This document shows positions 1 to 8,828 of a stretch of 51,104 bases of DNA, in pieces. The DNA lies in NCBI GenBank assembly GCA_015063525.1, contig SVTZ01000001.1, positions 1 through 51,104 on the forward strand, read 5' to 3'. The notes below the pieces were generated by a model. That model had not been told where the DNA came from, ran no database searches, and saw only the letters and a program-made list of their open reading frames with translations. How positions within the stretch are numbered: position 1 is the stretch's first letter; each line of letters begins with the position of its first letter. Both the position numbers and the translations under genes were made by a program. Source of the stretch: Oscillospiraceae bacterium (GTDB lineage Bacteria > Bacillota > Clostridia > Oscillospirales > CAG-272).

Positions 1-1
1 T

Positions 2-655
2 GGCTACAAGGCAAATGTTCTTGACCCCGAGGCTCTTGAGGAGGTTCACCAGGCAGTGCTTCGCGACCTCGGTCCCTGCGATATTCTTATTAACGGCGCA
101 GGCGGTAATAACCCCAGAGCGACCACCGATAACGAGTATCACCACGAGGCAAAGGAAGGCGGTAAGTCCTTCTTCGACCTTGATCCAAGCGGCGTTGACT
201 TTGTATTTAAGCTCAACTTCCAGGGTACTCTCCTTCCCACCCAGACCTTCGCAAAGGATATGATCAAGCGTAAGAGTGGTAACATTCTTAACATTTCTTC
301 TATGAATGCTTATATTCCCCTTACTAAGATCCCCGCATATTCTGCTGCAAAGGCAGGTATATCAAACTTTACTCAGTGGCTTGCTACCCACTTTGCGGGC
401 ACCGGTATCCGTTGCAACGGCATTGCTCCCGGCTTCCTGGTTTCCAACCAGAACCGCGCTCTTCTCTTCAATGAGGACGGCACTCCCACAGCACGCTCAG
501 CAAAGATCCTGAACGGAACTCCTATGGGTCGCTTCGTAGACTCTGAGGAGCTTCTCGGCGGTCTGTTCTTCCTCACCGATGACAAGGCTGCATCTGCTAT
601 CACCGGCGTTGTGCTTCCTATCGACTGTGGATTCTCCGCATACTCGGGAGTTTAA
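2..655 (+). CDS. SDR-family oxidoreductase (short-chain dehydrogenase/reductase), 5' end cut by window edge
   Basis: The frame of the 56..655 ORF stays open back to the window start. It has the NGAGG region, catalytic YSAAK (YxxxK) and IAPG motifs of classical SDRs. A terminator follows. Confidence 0.8.
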   Translation, partial: GYKANVLDPEALEEVHQAVLRDLGPCDILINGAGGNNPRATTDNEYHHEAKEGGKSFFDLDPSGVDFVFKLNFQGTLLPTQTFAKDMIKRKSGNILNISSMNAYIPLTKIPAYSAAKAGISNFTQWLATHFAGTGIRCNGIAPGFLVSNQNRALLFNEDGTPTARSAKILNGTPMGRFVDSEELLGGLFFLTDDKAASAITGVVLPIDCGFSAYSGV

Positions 656-670
656 TTACAATCTCAAAAA

Positions 671-692
671 GACCGCTTCGGCGGTCTTTTTT
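671..692 (+). terminator. Rho-independent terminator of the SDR gene
   Basis: GACCGC-TTCG-GCGGTC hairpin followed by TTTTTT. Confidence 0.85.
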
Positions 693-802
693 ATTCACCT
701 TGAACAAAGATCCAAGCTATATTTTTTCATAAGTCATCGTTGACATTTCTTATAGCATATGATATAATCAACTTAGTATATACAAGCAAAGGAGACCTTA
801 AA

Positions 803-1558
803 ATGAAAAAAATCACTTCTTTAATTCTGCTCACTTGTGTTTTAATTACAAGTGTCATTACGCTTGCATCCTGTATCCACGAATGTGAATTTACAGATGA
901 ATGGACTGCAGACGAAAGCTCTCATTGGCATATCTGCTCAAATGAAAAATGCGAGGAAATTTCAGACAAGTCCAACCATACTTGGGATGAAGGCAGTATA
1001 ACCACCAAAGCAACTCAGGAGGCCGACGGCGTAAAAACCTTCACCTGCTCGGTATGCAATAACACTAAAAAGGAATCGGTTGCATTCACCGGACTTAGCA
1101 AGGAAGATTGGAATGAGATTTTTTCACAGGAAACCTTTGAAAACTTCACATATTTTGAAGAGGTTGTAGTAGCAGCCACCGGAATCGAGGTTACAACCTC
1201 CGCTTTGTATAAATTTACAGAAGACAAGGTTTATTGCTCTTTTTCCGCTGCTGGACAGACGGCAGAGGATACACTTACCGGATTTGAAGCCACAAACACT
1301 AAAAAACAGATGGTAGATTCCATTCTGTCCGTGGTAAAACACGAAATTTTCGAGTATGATGCCGAAAATAAGATTTATAACCTTACAGGAGAAATGGTGA
1401 TCGAATCACTTAGTACTTCAGCTACAAGCGCGACTTTAAAATTTGAAAACGGAAAACCCGTTCAGCTTATTTACACTTGCAATATTGTTTCTCAGGGCAT
1501 AGCTATGGAATGTATTTCCACCACAACGTTCAGCGACTTCGGAACAACCGAGATTTGA
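803..1558 (+). CDS. Hypothetical lipoprotein with Cys/His-rich N-terminal module
   Basis: ATG at 803 sits after GGAG (791..794). MKKITSLILLTCVLITSVITLASC is a signal peptide plus lipobox (LASC). The mature N-terminus reads HECEF..HWHICSNEKCEE..TCSVCNN. No family recognised. Confidence 0.7.
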   Translation: MKKITSLILLTCVLITSVITLASCIHECEFTDEWTADESSHWHICSNEKCEEISDKSNHTWDEGSITTKATQEADGVKTFTCSVCNNTKKESVAFTGLSKEDWNEIFSQETFENFTYFEEVVVAATGIEVTTSALYKFTEDKVYCSFSAAGQTAEDTLTGFEATNTKKQMVDSILSVVKHEIFEYDAENKIYNLTGEMVIESLSTSATSATLKFENGKPVQLIYTCNIVSQGIAMECISTTTFSDFGTTEI

Positions 1559-1592
1559 TATATCACAGAATTCTAAACAAAAATACTTTTTA

Positions 1593-1622
1593 GGAGAACA
1601 TCTTCAGATGTTCTCCTTTTTT
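1593..1622 (+). terminator. Rho-independent terminator of the lipoprotein gene
   Basis: GGAGAACATC-TTCA-GATGTTCTCC perfect 10-bp stem followed by TTTTTT. Confidence 0.9.
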
Positions 1623-1623
1623 A

Positions 1624-1658
1624 TTGGCTTATAGTATGTATTGTATACTTTAAGCCAA
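1624..1658. promoter_or_regulatory. Inverted repeat TTGGCTTATAGTAT-N7-ATACTTTAAGCCAA, candidate operator of the adjacent XRE regulator
   Basis: 14-bp arms with one mismatch, directly abutting the predicted -35. A third half-site lies at 1702..1715. Confidence 0.45.
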
Positions 1659-1687
1659 TTCAACCCAAAATAATAAAATAGTATAAT
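1659..1687 (+). promoter_or_regulatory. Predicted sigma-A promoter of the XRE / DUF1461 operon
   Basis: TTCAAC, 17-nt spacer, TATAAT (1682..1687). Confidence 0.5.
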
Positions 1688-1701
1688 TGAAGTATATATT
1701 A

Positions 1702-1715
1702 TTGGCTGATAGCAT
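1702..1715. promoter_or_regulatory. Third operator half-site TTGGCTGATAGCAT
   Basis: Matches the left arm of the 1624..1658 inverted repeat at 12 of 14 positions. It lies between the predicted -10 and the RBS. Confidence 0.4.
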
Positions 1716-1727
1716 AGGAGGTGCTGA

Positions 1728-2051
1728 GTGGACAAGTTAACGATGGGCGACAGAATTCGAGCCGCAAGAAAGAAAATGAACCTTACCCAAGAGGCTCTGG
1801 CTGAGAAGGTAGATGTAACACTTTACTATATGGGCGAGATCGAGCGAGGCGTTAAAACTCCCAGTTTGGATCTTTTTATCAGACTTGTGGAAGCTCTGGA
1901 CGTTTCCGCTGATTATTTGCTGCGCGATAGAGTTTCCACAGGAAACGTTTACGGAGACAAGCGTATGGCCAGAAAGCTGGAAAACCTTACTCCACACCAG
2001 CGTTCGGCTGTTGAAGCGCTGATCGATACCTATATTGAATATCTTGATTAA
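1728..2051 (+). CDS. XRE-family helix-turn-helix transcriptional regulator
   Basis: HTH_3-type pattern (MNLTQEALAEKVDVTLYYMGEIERG). GGAGG at 1717..1721 sits 6 nt before GTG 1728; ATG 1743 is an alternative start. Confidence 0.8.
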   Translation: MDKLTMGDRIRAARKKMNLTQEALAEKVDVTLYYMGEIERGVKTPSLDLFIRLVEALDVSADYLLRDRVSTGNVYGDKRMARKLENLTPHQRSAVEALIDTYIEYLD

Positions 2052-2065
2052 AGAGAGGAAAATAA

Positions 2066-2728
2066 ATGAAAAACAAGATTTTAACCGGACTTTTCGGCTT
2101 TTTCATAGTTATACTGATAATCACCTTTTCCATAGGTCTGCCTATTTACATAAGGCCATTTTATTACGCACAGATTGATTCGCTTGGAATCGAAGAATAC
2201 TCCGGCGCGGATCGCGATACGATTATAGAGGCTTACGACGAGGTGCTTGACTATCTTACACTTCCGGGACGAGAATTCGGCGCAGGCGAATTCAGCTATA
2301 CTGAAGAGGGTAAATCTCATTTTGTAGACTGCAAGGTTCTCTTTGACCTTAACCTTTACGCCTTTATTATTTCCTTTGTCGGTGCGACGGCGTTGATTAT
2401 TCTTAACAAGCGCGGGGTGTTTGAGATGTGGCGTCCCTTCGGTATGAACATCGCCTTCTCATCCGGCGCATACGCCCTCGGCGGCTTTGCCCTGATAGGC
2501 GGCATCGTTGCGATAGACTTTGATAAGGCTTTTACAGTTTTCCACAGTATGTTCTTCCCGGGAAAGGACAATTGGCTTTTTGACTGGAATAAGGATCAGG
2601 TGATACGCATCCTTCCGCAGGACTTCTTTATGAACTGCGCAATTCTTATTTTCATATCTATTATTGCTCTTTGTCTCAGCTGTATTATTTTCAGCATCAT
2701 CAGTCAAGCAAGACGCTCTCGGGCATAA
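2066..2728 (+). CDS. TIGR01906/DUF1461-family integral membrane protein (family of Lit, lipoprotein intramolecular transacylase)
   Basis: About 220 aa with an N-terminal TM, an extracytoplasmic segment and C-terminal TMs. The motif FFPGKDNWLFDWNKDQVIRILPQDFF matches this family as I recall it. The family call is from memory only. Confidence 0.55.
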   Translation: MKNKILTGLFGFFIVILIITFSIGLPIYIRPFYYAQIDSLGIEEYSGADRDTIIEAYDEVLDYLTLPGREFGAGEFSYTEEGKSHFVDCKVLFDLNLYAFIISFVGATALIILNKRGVFEMWRPFGMNIAFSSGAYALGGFALIGGIVAIDFDKAFTVFHSMFFPGKDNWLFDWNKDQVIRILPQDFFMNCAILIFISIIALCLSCIIFSIISQARRSRA

Positions 2729-2780
2729 AAATAATTTGTTAATTTTTACTTGAAACATTGTAAACAAACGCCCGAAGCCG

Positions 2781-2809
2781 TTGACACCTCACTTTATTTT
2801 GTGTATAAT
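2781..2809 (+). promoter_or_regulatory. Consensus sigma-A promoter
   Basis: TTGACA, exactly 17 nt, TATAAT, about 50 nt upstream of the 2861 ATG. Confidence 0.7.
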
Positions 2810-2860
2810 TCTTATGTAAAATATATTTATATTTTTTTAGAAATCAAAACGGAGTAATTT

Positions 2861-3283
2861 ATGAGAGATTATAACGGACGTCCCTCTTTCAGAGAACGGG
2901 TGGCTCAGTTTATGGCAGGCAGGTACGGTATTGACCGTCTGTATTATCTTCTTCTTGCTATCTGCTTCGGACTTATAGTAATAAATCTTTTTGCAAACAG
3001 TATTATCATTTCTCTTATTGAGTCGGTATTGTTTGTCTACGCTATCTTCCGCGTAATGTCTAAGAACGTATATAAAAGACAGCAAGAGAATGAAAAGTTT
3101 ATCAAGCTTGCCGATAGGCCTAAAAAGTTCATCAATCTGCAGAAATGCAAAAAGCGCGACAGGGCTACGCACGTTTACAAAAAGTGTCCGTCCTGCAGAA
3201 ACAATCTACGCCTGCCAAAGCAGAAGGGTGAGCATACCGTCGTATGCCCATGCTGCAAGAATCGTTTCAACGTAAAAATATAA
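2861..3283 (+). CDS. Hypothetical membrane protein with C-terminal zinc-ribbon
   Basis: Two hydrophobic helices followed by CPSC..(15)..CPCC, a zinc-ribbon signature. Confidence 0.6.
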   Translation: MRDYNGRPSFRERVAQFMAGRYGIDRLYYLLLAICFGLIVINLFANSIIISLIESVLFVYAIFRVMSKNVYKRQQENEKFIKLADRPKKFINLQKCKKRDRATHVYKKCPSCRNNLRLPKQKGEHTVVCPCCKNRFNVKI

Positions 3284-3319
3284 AAAATGCTGTCTCTTTA
3301 GATTGAGACAGCATTTTTT
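3282..3319. terminator. Bidirectional rho-independent terminator between convergent genes
   Basis: ATGCTGTCTC-N8-GAGACAGCAT, flanked by A6 on the left and T6 on the right. Confidence 0.85.
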
Positions 3320-3322
3320 AAA

Positions 3323-3745
3323 TCAAATGATTCCATAATTACTTAAAATAATTATTACGGAAATTATAAGCAATAAAGCAATAAGTAGAAATACGGCTAT
3401 GCGCACCCTTTTCCATATTGAATAAAAGCGGGTATTTCGCTCGTATCTTGAGATGGGATCACTGCTTCTCTCCACCCTGCGTGCAAGGCGACTTAGCCAT
3501 TTGACATCGGAATTCGTTATTTCGAATGATCTATCAAAGGCGTTTTCCTCATGAGCCAATATATTTCTTATCTTTCTGTACTTAATAAGTCTCGGAAGAA
3601 CATCGCTCCTCTCGGGAACGTATTTCAGCTCTACCAGCCTGCCGATATATGCAGAAACACCGCCGCGAGAGATACCAAGTCTCTTAGCGCAAGCGCTGTC
3701 GAGCTCCTTATAAGCATTAAAAAAAGACATATTTATCTTGCTCAT
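3323..3745 (-). CDS. Hypothetical C-terminally membrane-anchored protein
   Basis: 140-aa ORF with a soluble N-terminal part and a C-terminal TM (IAVFLLIALLLIISVIIIL). No family recognised. Confidence 0.55.
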   Translation of the reverse strand: MSKINMSFFNAYKELDSACAKRLGISRGGVSAYIGRLVELKYVPERSDVLPRLIKYRKIRNILAHEENAFDRSFEITNSDVKWLSRLARRVERSSDPISRYERNTRFYSIWKRVRIAVFLLIALLLIISVIIILSNYGII

Positions 3746-3962
3746 AATCCCTCTCCTTTTACGAATGTTAGTTTTCTATATTTATTTTACACTATTTTAG
3801 GATTTTTTCAAGTATAATTATTAAATTTTATTATTTTTTTGCTAAAAATCGGTAAAAACTAAAATATTTAATTATACAAAGTTTTTATTTTTGACTTTAT
3901 TTTCTACAAACAATGTGATATAATAATAAATATACTGATAAAAAAACAAAAAGGAAATCCAA

Positions 3963-5189
3963 ATGTTAATATTTGACATTTTAAATTTAATTATCGGAAC
4001 GGTATTTCTTTTATGCTACGGATATCAGCTGGTTTATCTGATTATTGCTTACTCAAAAAGACCGAAGGCTGATCCTACTTCACCGCCACACCGTTTAGCT
4101 GTGCTTATAGCGGCAAGAAACGAGTCGAGAGTTATACATAATCTTTTACAATCGCTAAAAGAACAGGATTATCCCGAAGGTTATTGCAGCATTTTCGTGG
4201 TTGCTGACAATTGTACGGATAACACAGCAGAGATTGCAAGAGAGATGGGCGCAACCGTTTACGAGAGATTTAATAAAACCGAGGTTGGTAAAGGCTATGC
4301 CATTGACTATCTCATCAAGTCGATTGATCGCGACTTTGGCGATATATACGACGCCTATATAATGTTCGACGCGGATAACACATTAAAGCCAAACTATCTT
4401 ACGGAGATGAATAATACCTTCTCACGCGGATTTGAGGTGGTCTCCTCCTACCGAAATCCATCAAACTACGGTGAAAACTGGCGCGCTGGAGGCATGGGTA
4501 TGTATTTTCTTCGCGACTCCAGAGTGCTTAATCTTGCGAGAATGCGCCTTGGCACAAACACCTATATCACCGGAACAGGCTTTCTGTTTTCAAGAGAGCT
4601 TTGCAAAAGATACGGCGGTTGGCCATTCCATTGTTTGACCGAAGACGGAGAATTTACTATGCATAATGCCGTTCACAATGCGAAATGCGGCTATTGCAAC
4701 TCGGCAATGTTCTTTGACGAGCAGCCGGTGAAGCTTCGCGACTCCTGGAATCAGCAGACACGCTGGTGCAAGGGCGGACTTCAGATATTTAAAATATATC
4801 TTCCGTCACTTATCAAGGGAATATTCTCAAAGAGATGGTTATCATATTTTGATACCTTAATGACCCTTACGCCCGCCTACGTGCTTTCTATGACGGCTGT
4901 TGCTGTGAACACACTCGGTTTTATAGTAAACATTCTTATGGGTCATAACCCTCTGACGCTGATTCCGGAAATACTGATGTTGATCGGTATTTGTTATTTC
5001 GGACTAATTCCCTTCAGTATATCAATTACCATTTCCGAGTGGGAAAATATTTGCGCATCAGCACCGAAAAAGATACTCTATATGTTCACATTTCCCCTCT
5101 TCCTATTTACCTTTATTCCCGCTGCCTTCGTTGCTCTCTTTAAAAAGGTGGAATGGAAGCAGATCTCTCACGAGGGAAAAAAGAATTGA
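3963..5189 (+). CDS. Family-2 glycosyltransferase, membrane-embedded processive type
   Basis: N-terminal TM, AARNE and VVADNCTD motifs, DAD (FDADN), and QQTRWCKG (the Q-x-x-RW motif of processive GT2 synthases), plus several C-terminal TMs. Confidence 0.85.
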   Translation: MLIFDILNLIIGTVFLLCYGYQLVYLIIAYSKRPKADPTSPPHRLAVLIAARNESRVIHNLLQSLKEQDYPEGYCSIFVVADNCTDNTAEIAREMGATVYERFNKTEVGKGYAIDYLIKSIDRDFGDIYDAYIMFDADNTLKPNYLTEMNNTFSRGFEVVSSYRNPSNYGENWRAGGMGMYFLRDSRVLNLARMRLGTNTYITGTGFLFSRELCKRYGGWPFHCLTEDGEFTMHNAVHNAKCGYCNSAMFFDEQPVKLRDSWNQQTRWCKGGLQIFKIYLPSLIKGIFSKRWLSYFDTLMTLTPAYVLSMTAVAVNTLGFIVNILMGHNPLTLIPEILMLIGICYFGLIPFSISITISEWENICASAPKKILYMFTFPLFLFTFIPAAFVALFKKVEWKQISHEGKKN

Positions 5190-5218
5190 GCTGAATTACC
5201 ATAAGCCATTAACAAAAA

Positions 5219-5270
5219 AGACACCCAATATAACCTATCATAAAATAGGTAAGCTTGGGCGTCTTTTTTA
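5219..5270. terminator. Compound hairpin terminator between convergent GT2 and GDPD genes
   Basis: Outer arms AGACACCCA/TGGGCGTCT (one mismatch), inner ACCTAT/ATAGGT, an A-run on the left and T6 on the right. Confidence 0.6.
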
Positions 5271-5273
5271 TTG

Positions 5274-6074
5274 TTAAGGTAAATAATTCTCAAAAATTAT
5301 TCCATCAAATCCGTTCTTGCGGGCTATTGCCTCCTCTTCGGCCGAGCGAACAGTCCACGCCAGTGTGGGAACGTCGAAGAAGCCGCGGATAAAGCGAAGT
5401 CCGAATGCCTTGGCGTGCCTGTGATCATAGGCAATAAAGGCAGGACGGCAAAGAAAATTAAGAAGGAGTGCCTGAAGGGCGAAATACAGAGGCTTTCTGT
5501 ACTTCTCATACTCGTAGTAGCGCTGCGAGAGCAGTCCTCGAGTGATCTCCGGCATATTCTCCTTCACAGTCTTAAGCGAAAGAGGATTAAAGGACTCGAC
5601 GATAAAGTCACCCTTGTATTCCTTCAGCATCTCACAGGCCGCCTTGGAAACGGCAGAATCACCCGGATTTTCCTTTATCTCAACGAGAAGAGGAACCTTT
5701 CCGTCAACAAGAGCAAGAACTTCAGAGAATAGCGGTACGCCGTCATTTGTACCGTTAAGCTTAAATGTGGCAAGCTCCTCTGCGGTAAAGTCGATAACCT
5801 TACCCTCTCTTCCGCAAACGCGGTCGAGAGTATCGTCGTGGAAAACAACCATCTTACCGTCCTTGGAAAGACGAATATCAAGCTCGATTCCGTATCCCGC
5901 ATCAACAGCCGCCTTGAAGGCAGATATAGAGTTCTCTGCCTTTTCCTCATTATGGAGACCGCGGTGAGCGTACAAGCGGCTCTTGAATTTTTTCATTTCC
6001 TTCTTGTTTTTTGGAGCTATCAGAAAAAGATAGATCAGAAAAAGAATTACCAGTGAAGTAGGAATATAAATCAT
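5274..6074 (-). CDS. Glycerophosphodiester phosphodiesterase (GDPD family), N-terminally membrane anchored
   Basis: HRG..ENS..AF and GIELD motifs of GDPD, plus an N-terminal TM. Confidence 0.85.
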   Translation of the reverse strand: MIYIPTSLVILFLIYLFLIAPKNKKEMKKFKSRLYAHRGLHNEEKAENSISAFKAAVDAGYGIELDIRLSKDGKMVVFHDDTLDRVCGREGKVIDFTAEELATFKLNGTNDGVPLFSEVLALVDGKVPLLVEIKENPGDSAVSKAACEMLKEYKGDFIVESFNPLSLKTVKENMPEITRGLLSQRYYEYEKYRKPLYFALQALLLNFLCRPAFIAYDHRHAKAFGLRFIRGFFDVPTLAWTVRSAEEEAIARKNGFDGIIFENYLP

Positions 6075-6092
6075 ATTAATTCTCTTTTCAAA

Positions 6093-7610
6093 TTAATCGT
6101 CTGCGCCACCGAGAGCCTCGAGCGCGTTTTGCTTTTCAGCCTTTGCATCACCGTGCTTAACGAAGAACATAGTAACGAAGGAGAGAGCAACGAAAATAGT
6201 ACCGAATGCGAAGAATACGGTTCTCATACCGTTGCCGCCGGTTATTACATCAAAGGCATCGTAAAGGATACCCGAGAGAATGGGAGCAACTATCTGTGCC
6301 GCCATAGACGCGGTGTAATAGTAACCTGTATACTTTCCAACCTCTCCGCCCTTTGCAAGCTCAACGACCATGGGGAAGGAGTTTACGTTAATTGTAGCCC
6401 AGCCGATACCTGCGAGAATGAATACGGGATACATAACCATCTCGGGCGTATCAAAGCTGATAAAGTTTCCAATAAAGAATGCCGCCGCAAGCATTGCGAT
6501 ACCTGCGAGAATAGTCCTTCTTCTTCCGAGCTTAGATGCAACGATACCAACAGGAATATAAGCAACGACAGCCGCCGCCTGAGCAATAATAAGAGTGAAG
6601 TTAAAGTCGAAGAAGAGAACGTTTGTAGCGTAAACAGAATACTTACTTGTAATGGAATTATATCCGATGTACCAGAGAGCAACCGATGCGAGAATAAGAA
6701 GAAGCGACTTCATCTCTGCCTTGGAGAGAGATCTTCCGCCTTCGTTTGACTGAACCGGAGCTTCATCAAGATCGAGAGCCTTAGTCTGCTCCTCCATCTC
6801 CTCTGCCCACTTTCTTTCCTTAACGCTGGTAAGGAAGATAATAAGGCCGGTTATCATAATTGCACAGACCGCAACAACGTAAGCGGTGTACTGCATATAC
6901 TTATTTCCAGAAGTCTTGAAGACCATACCGAGAACAAGCACAAGAATACCGCCCGCAGTTCCCATAAGGTTGATTATCGCGTTACCCTTTGAACGAAGGG
7001 GTTTAACAGTAACATCGGGCATAAGCGCAACCGCAGGAGAACGGAAAGTAGCCATAGAGATAAGCGTAAGAAGAAGAACGCCGATAAAGCCAACTATGGG
7101 CCAGAGATTACTGAGGGTAATGTTAAGAGTTTCCTCTCTAATGCCCTCAATAACGGCATTTATGGAATCTATGGAGCTTTGAGCCGCCGCAACAGCGGCA
7201 GCGTCGCCGGCTTTACCTGCCTCCTTAAGAGCAGCGTTTGCTTCCTTAAGAAGTTCTGCGGCAGCCTCGTACTTCTCTGCTATTCCGGCTTCAAGAACTG
7301 CGGAAAGCTGATAAGTGTCAATAAAGGTAAGGGAAATAAAGGCAATAACAGCGGCTATTGTACCAATAAAAATAAAAGGAGTACGTCTGCCGAATTTAGT
7401 CATAACCTTGTCCGAAAGTGCACCGAAAATAGGCAGCATAAATACTGCAAGAATGTTGTCTACCGACATTACAACACCGGAGATAGACTGGGGAAGGCCG
7501 AAATGGTTAGTCAGAGCAAGCGGAATGATCGCGTCATACGCCTGCCAGAATGCGCTGATCAGGAAGAACGCAAATCCTACCAGGATCGTTCTTTTGTAAT
7601 TCAGTTTCAT
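6093..7610 (-). CDS. MFS transporter
   Basis: About 12 TM helices and a GRRTPF loop motif. I start it at MKLNYKRT (ATG 7608..7610) rather than the upstream in-frame extension. An Ala-rich ~70-aa insert follows TM3. Confidence 0.8.
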   Translation of the reverse strand: MKLNYKRTILVGFAFFLISAFWQAYDAIIPLALTNHFGLPQSISGVVMSVDNILAVFMLPIFGALSDKVMTKFGRRTPFIFIGTIAAVIAFISLTFIDTYQLSAVLEAGIAEKYEAAAELLKEANAALKEAGKAGDAAAVAAAQSSIDSINAVIEGIREETLNITLSNLWPIVGFIGVLLLTLISMATFRSPAVALMPDVTVKPLRSKGNAIINLMGTAGGILVLVLGMVFKTSGNKYMQYTAYVVAVCAIMITGLIIFLTSVKERKWAEEMEEQTKALDLDEAPVQSNEGGRSLSKAEMKSLLLILASVALWYIGYNSITSKYSVYATNVLFFDFNFTLIIAQAAAVVAYIPVGIVASKLGRRRTILAGIAMLAAAFFIGNFISFDTPEMVMYPVFILAGIGWATINVNSFPMVVELAKGGEVGKYTGYYYTASMAAQIVAPILSGILYDAFDVITGGNGMRTVFFAFGTIFVALSFVTMFFVKHGDAKAEKQNALEALGGADD

Positions 7611-7770
7611 TTTTCTTTCATTCTCCGCCTGTTTTTTGCCGTAAAGGCTTAAGCGCATCGGCGGAAATGCGTCATTTTTATTTTAACATATTATAGAGTA
7701 TTTGTCAAATAAATATTTTAATTATTGGTAAAAAACTCCAAAATGCATTAATTTACGCATTCAGGAGTTT

Positions 7771-8277
7771 TTATAAGTATTTTTTTATTCTTTCGATCAG
7801 TATTCCCGAGAGAAGGCCGATAACAATTCCGGCAAGAGTACCGGATATAATAAGAGGAATAACGTAAAGCGAAATAGCGGCACTATTCATTACTATACAC
7901 GCAGCGATTATTTGTCCTACGTTATGCATAACACCTCCGGCCACGCTGACGCCTACGGTAGAAAATTTGTCGATACGCTTAAGCAATATCATAACCGAAA
8001 GGGCAAGAGCAGCACCCGAAAAACTGTAAATCAAGCTGAAGAGATTGCCAAACAGAAGACCGGATAAGAATACGCGCACAACCGATACGCATATAGCAAA
8101 GGGCCAACCTAGAGTGTAAAGAGCAAAAACGGTAGCAATATTAGAAAGTCCCATCTTAACACCCGGCACTGCTACGAAGGCGGGAACAAGATGCTCAACG
8201 TAAGAAAGAATCATCGCTATAGCAATAAGCGATGAGAGAATAACCATCTTCTTGGTGTCAAGACTGTGTTTTGTCAT
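7771..8277 (-). CDS. Gx transporter family protein (heptaprenyl diphosphate synthase component I-like membrane protein)
   Basis: About 168 aa, 5 TM, N-terminal pattern LSSLIAIAMILSYVEHLVP..PGVKMGLSNI typical of this family. It overlaps the upstream NusG-II gene by 4 nt. Confidence 0.7.
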   Translation of the reverse strand: MTKHSLDTKKMVILSSLIAIAMILSYVEHLVPAFVAVPGVKMGLSNIATVFALYTLGWPFAICVSVVRVFLSGLLFGNLFSLIYSFSGAALALSVMILLKRIDKFSTVGVSVAGGVMHNVGQIIAACIVMNSAAISLYVIPLIISGTLAGIVIGLLSGILIERIKKYL

Positions 8278-8657
8278 AAGATGCCCTCTCCTTCTCCCTC
8301 AATAACGACTCGAAGCATATTGGGCAGACAAATTATATCCTCTCCTACGTAGGATATTTTGTTACCAAATACGGTGTTGCCGTAAACGCAGGTTTTGTCA
8401 GGACATTCGGAAAAGCTTAAATAAGCACTTCCGTCCTCTATTTCCAGAATGTTTTTACCATCGTTAAGATAATAAACTCCGTCGACGGCGAGAGAATATT
8501 CCGCAACCTTTTTATCCTTAATATAAACAGCGGCGGTCGATCCCTCAACTCTGTTAAGGAAAACAAGCAAAAAAACGGAAAGGGCGATAACAAGAAGCGA
8601 TACAATAAGAATAACGTCGGCAATATGCTTTTTATCACCGAAGAATTCCTTAATCAT
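8274..8657 (-). CDS. NusG domain II-containing membrane-anchored protein (DUF1312-like)
   Basis: An N-terminal TM followed by a small beta-rich domain with CPDKTC. The pairing with a Gx transporter is typical. Confidence 0.6.
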   Translation of the reverse strand: MIKEFFGDKKHIADVILIVSLLVIALSVFLLVFLNRVEGSTAAVYIKDKKVAEYSLAVDGVYYLNDGKNILEIEDGSAYLSFSECPDKTCVYGNTVFGNKISYVGEDIICLPNMLRVVIEGEGEGIL

Positions 8658-8724
8658 CGTTCTTTTTCCTTTCCATTTTCTTGATTTTGTAAACTAAAAT
8701 TATCATATTTGCTCATTTTAGAAG

Positions 8725-8809
8725 AATTTTGATGAAGTGCAAGCCTTCTCTACCGCCAGCCGTAGTTACCTACGGCAAGGCGGAGAAAGCGAAGCAATTT
8801 GCAAAATTA
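8725..8809. repeat. Structured intergenic repeat, copy 1
   Basis: AATTTTGATGAAGTGC..GCCGTAG-TTAC-CTACGGC..AAGCAATTTGCAAAATTA. It forms nested stems and has terminal AATTTTG/CAAAATT inverted repeats. Confidence 0.75.
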
Positions 8810-8828
8810 ACAAAATACATTTTAGGAT

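Noticed and set aside
6129-6749. 206-aa plus-strand ORF antisense to the MFS transporter gene
   Set aside because: It is embedded in a well-supported membrane-protein gene. Its composition (Cys/Asn/Ser-rich) is typical of an antisense frame.
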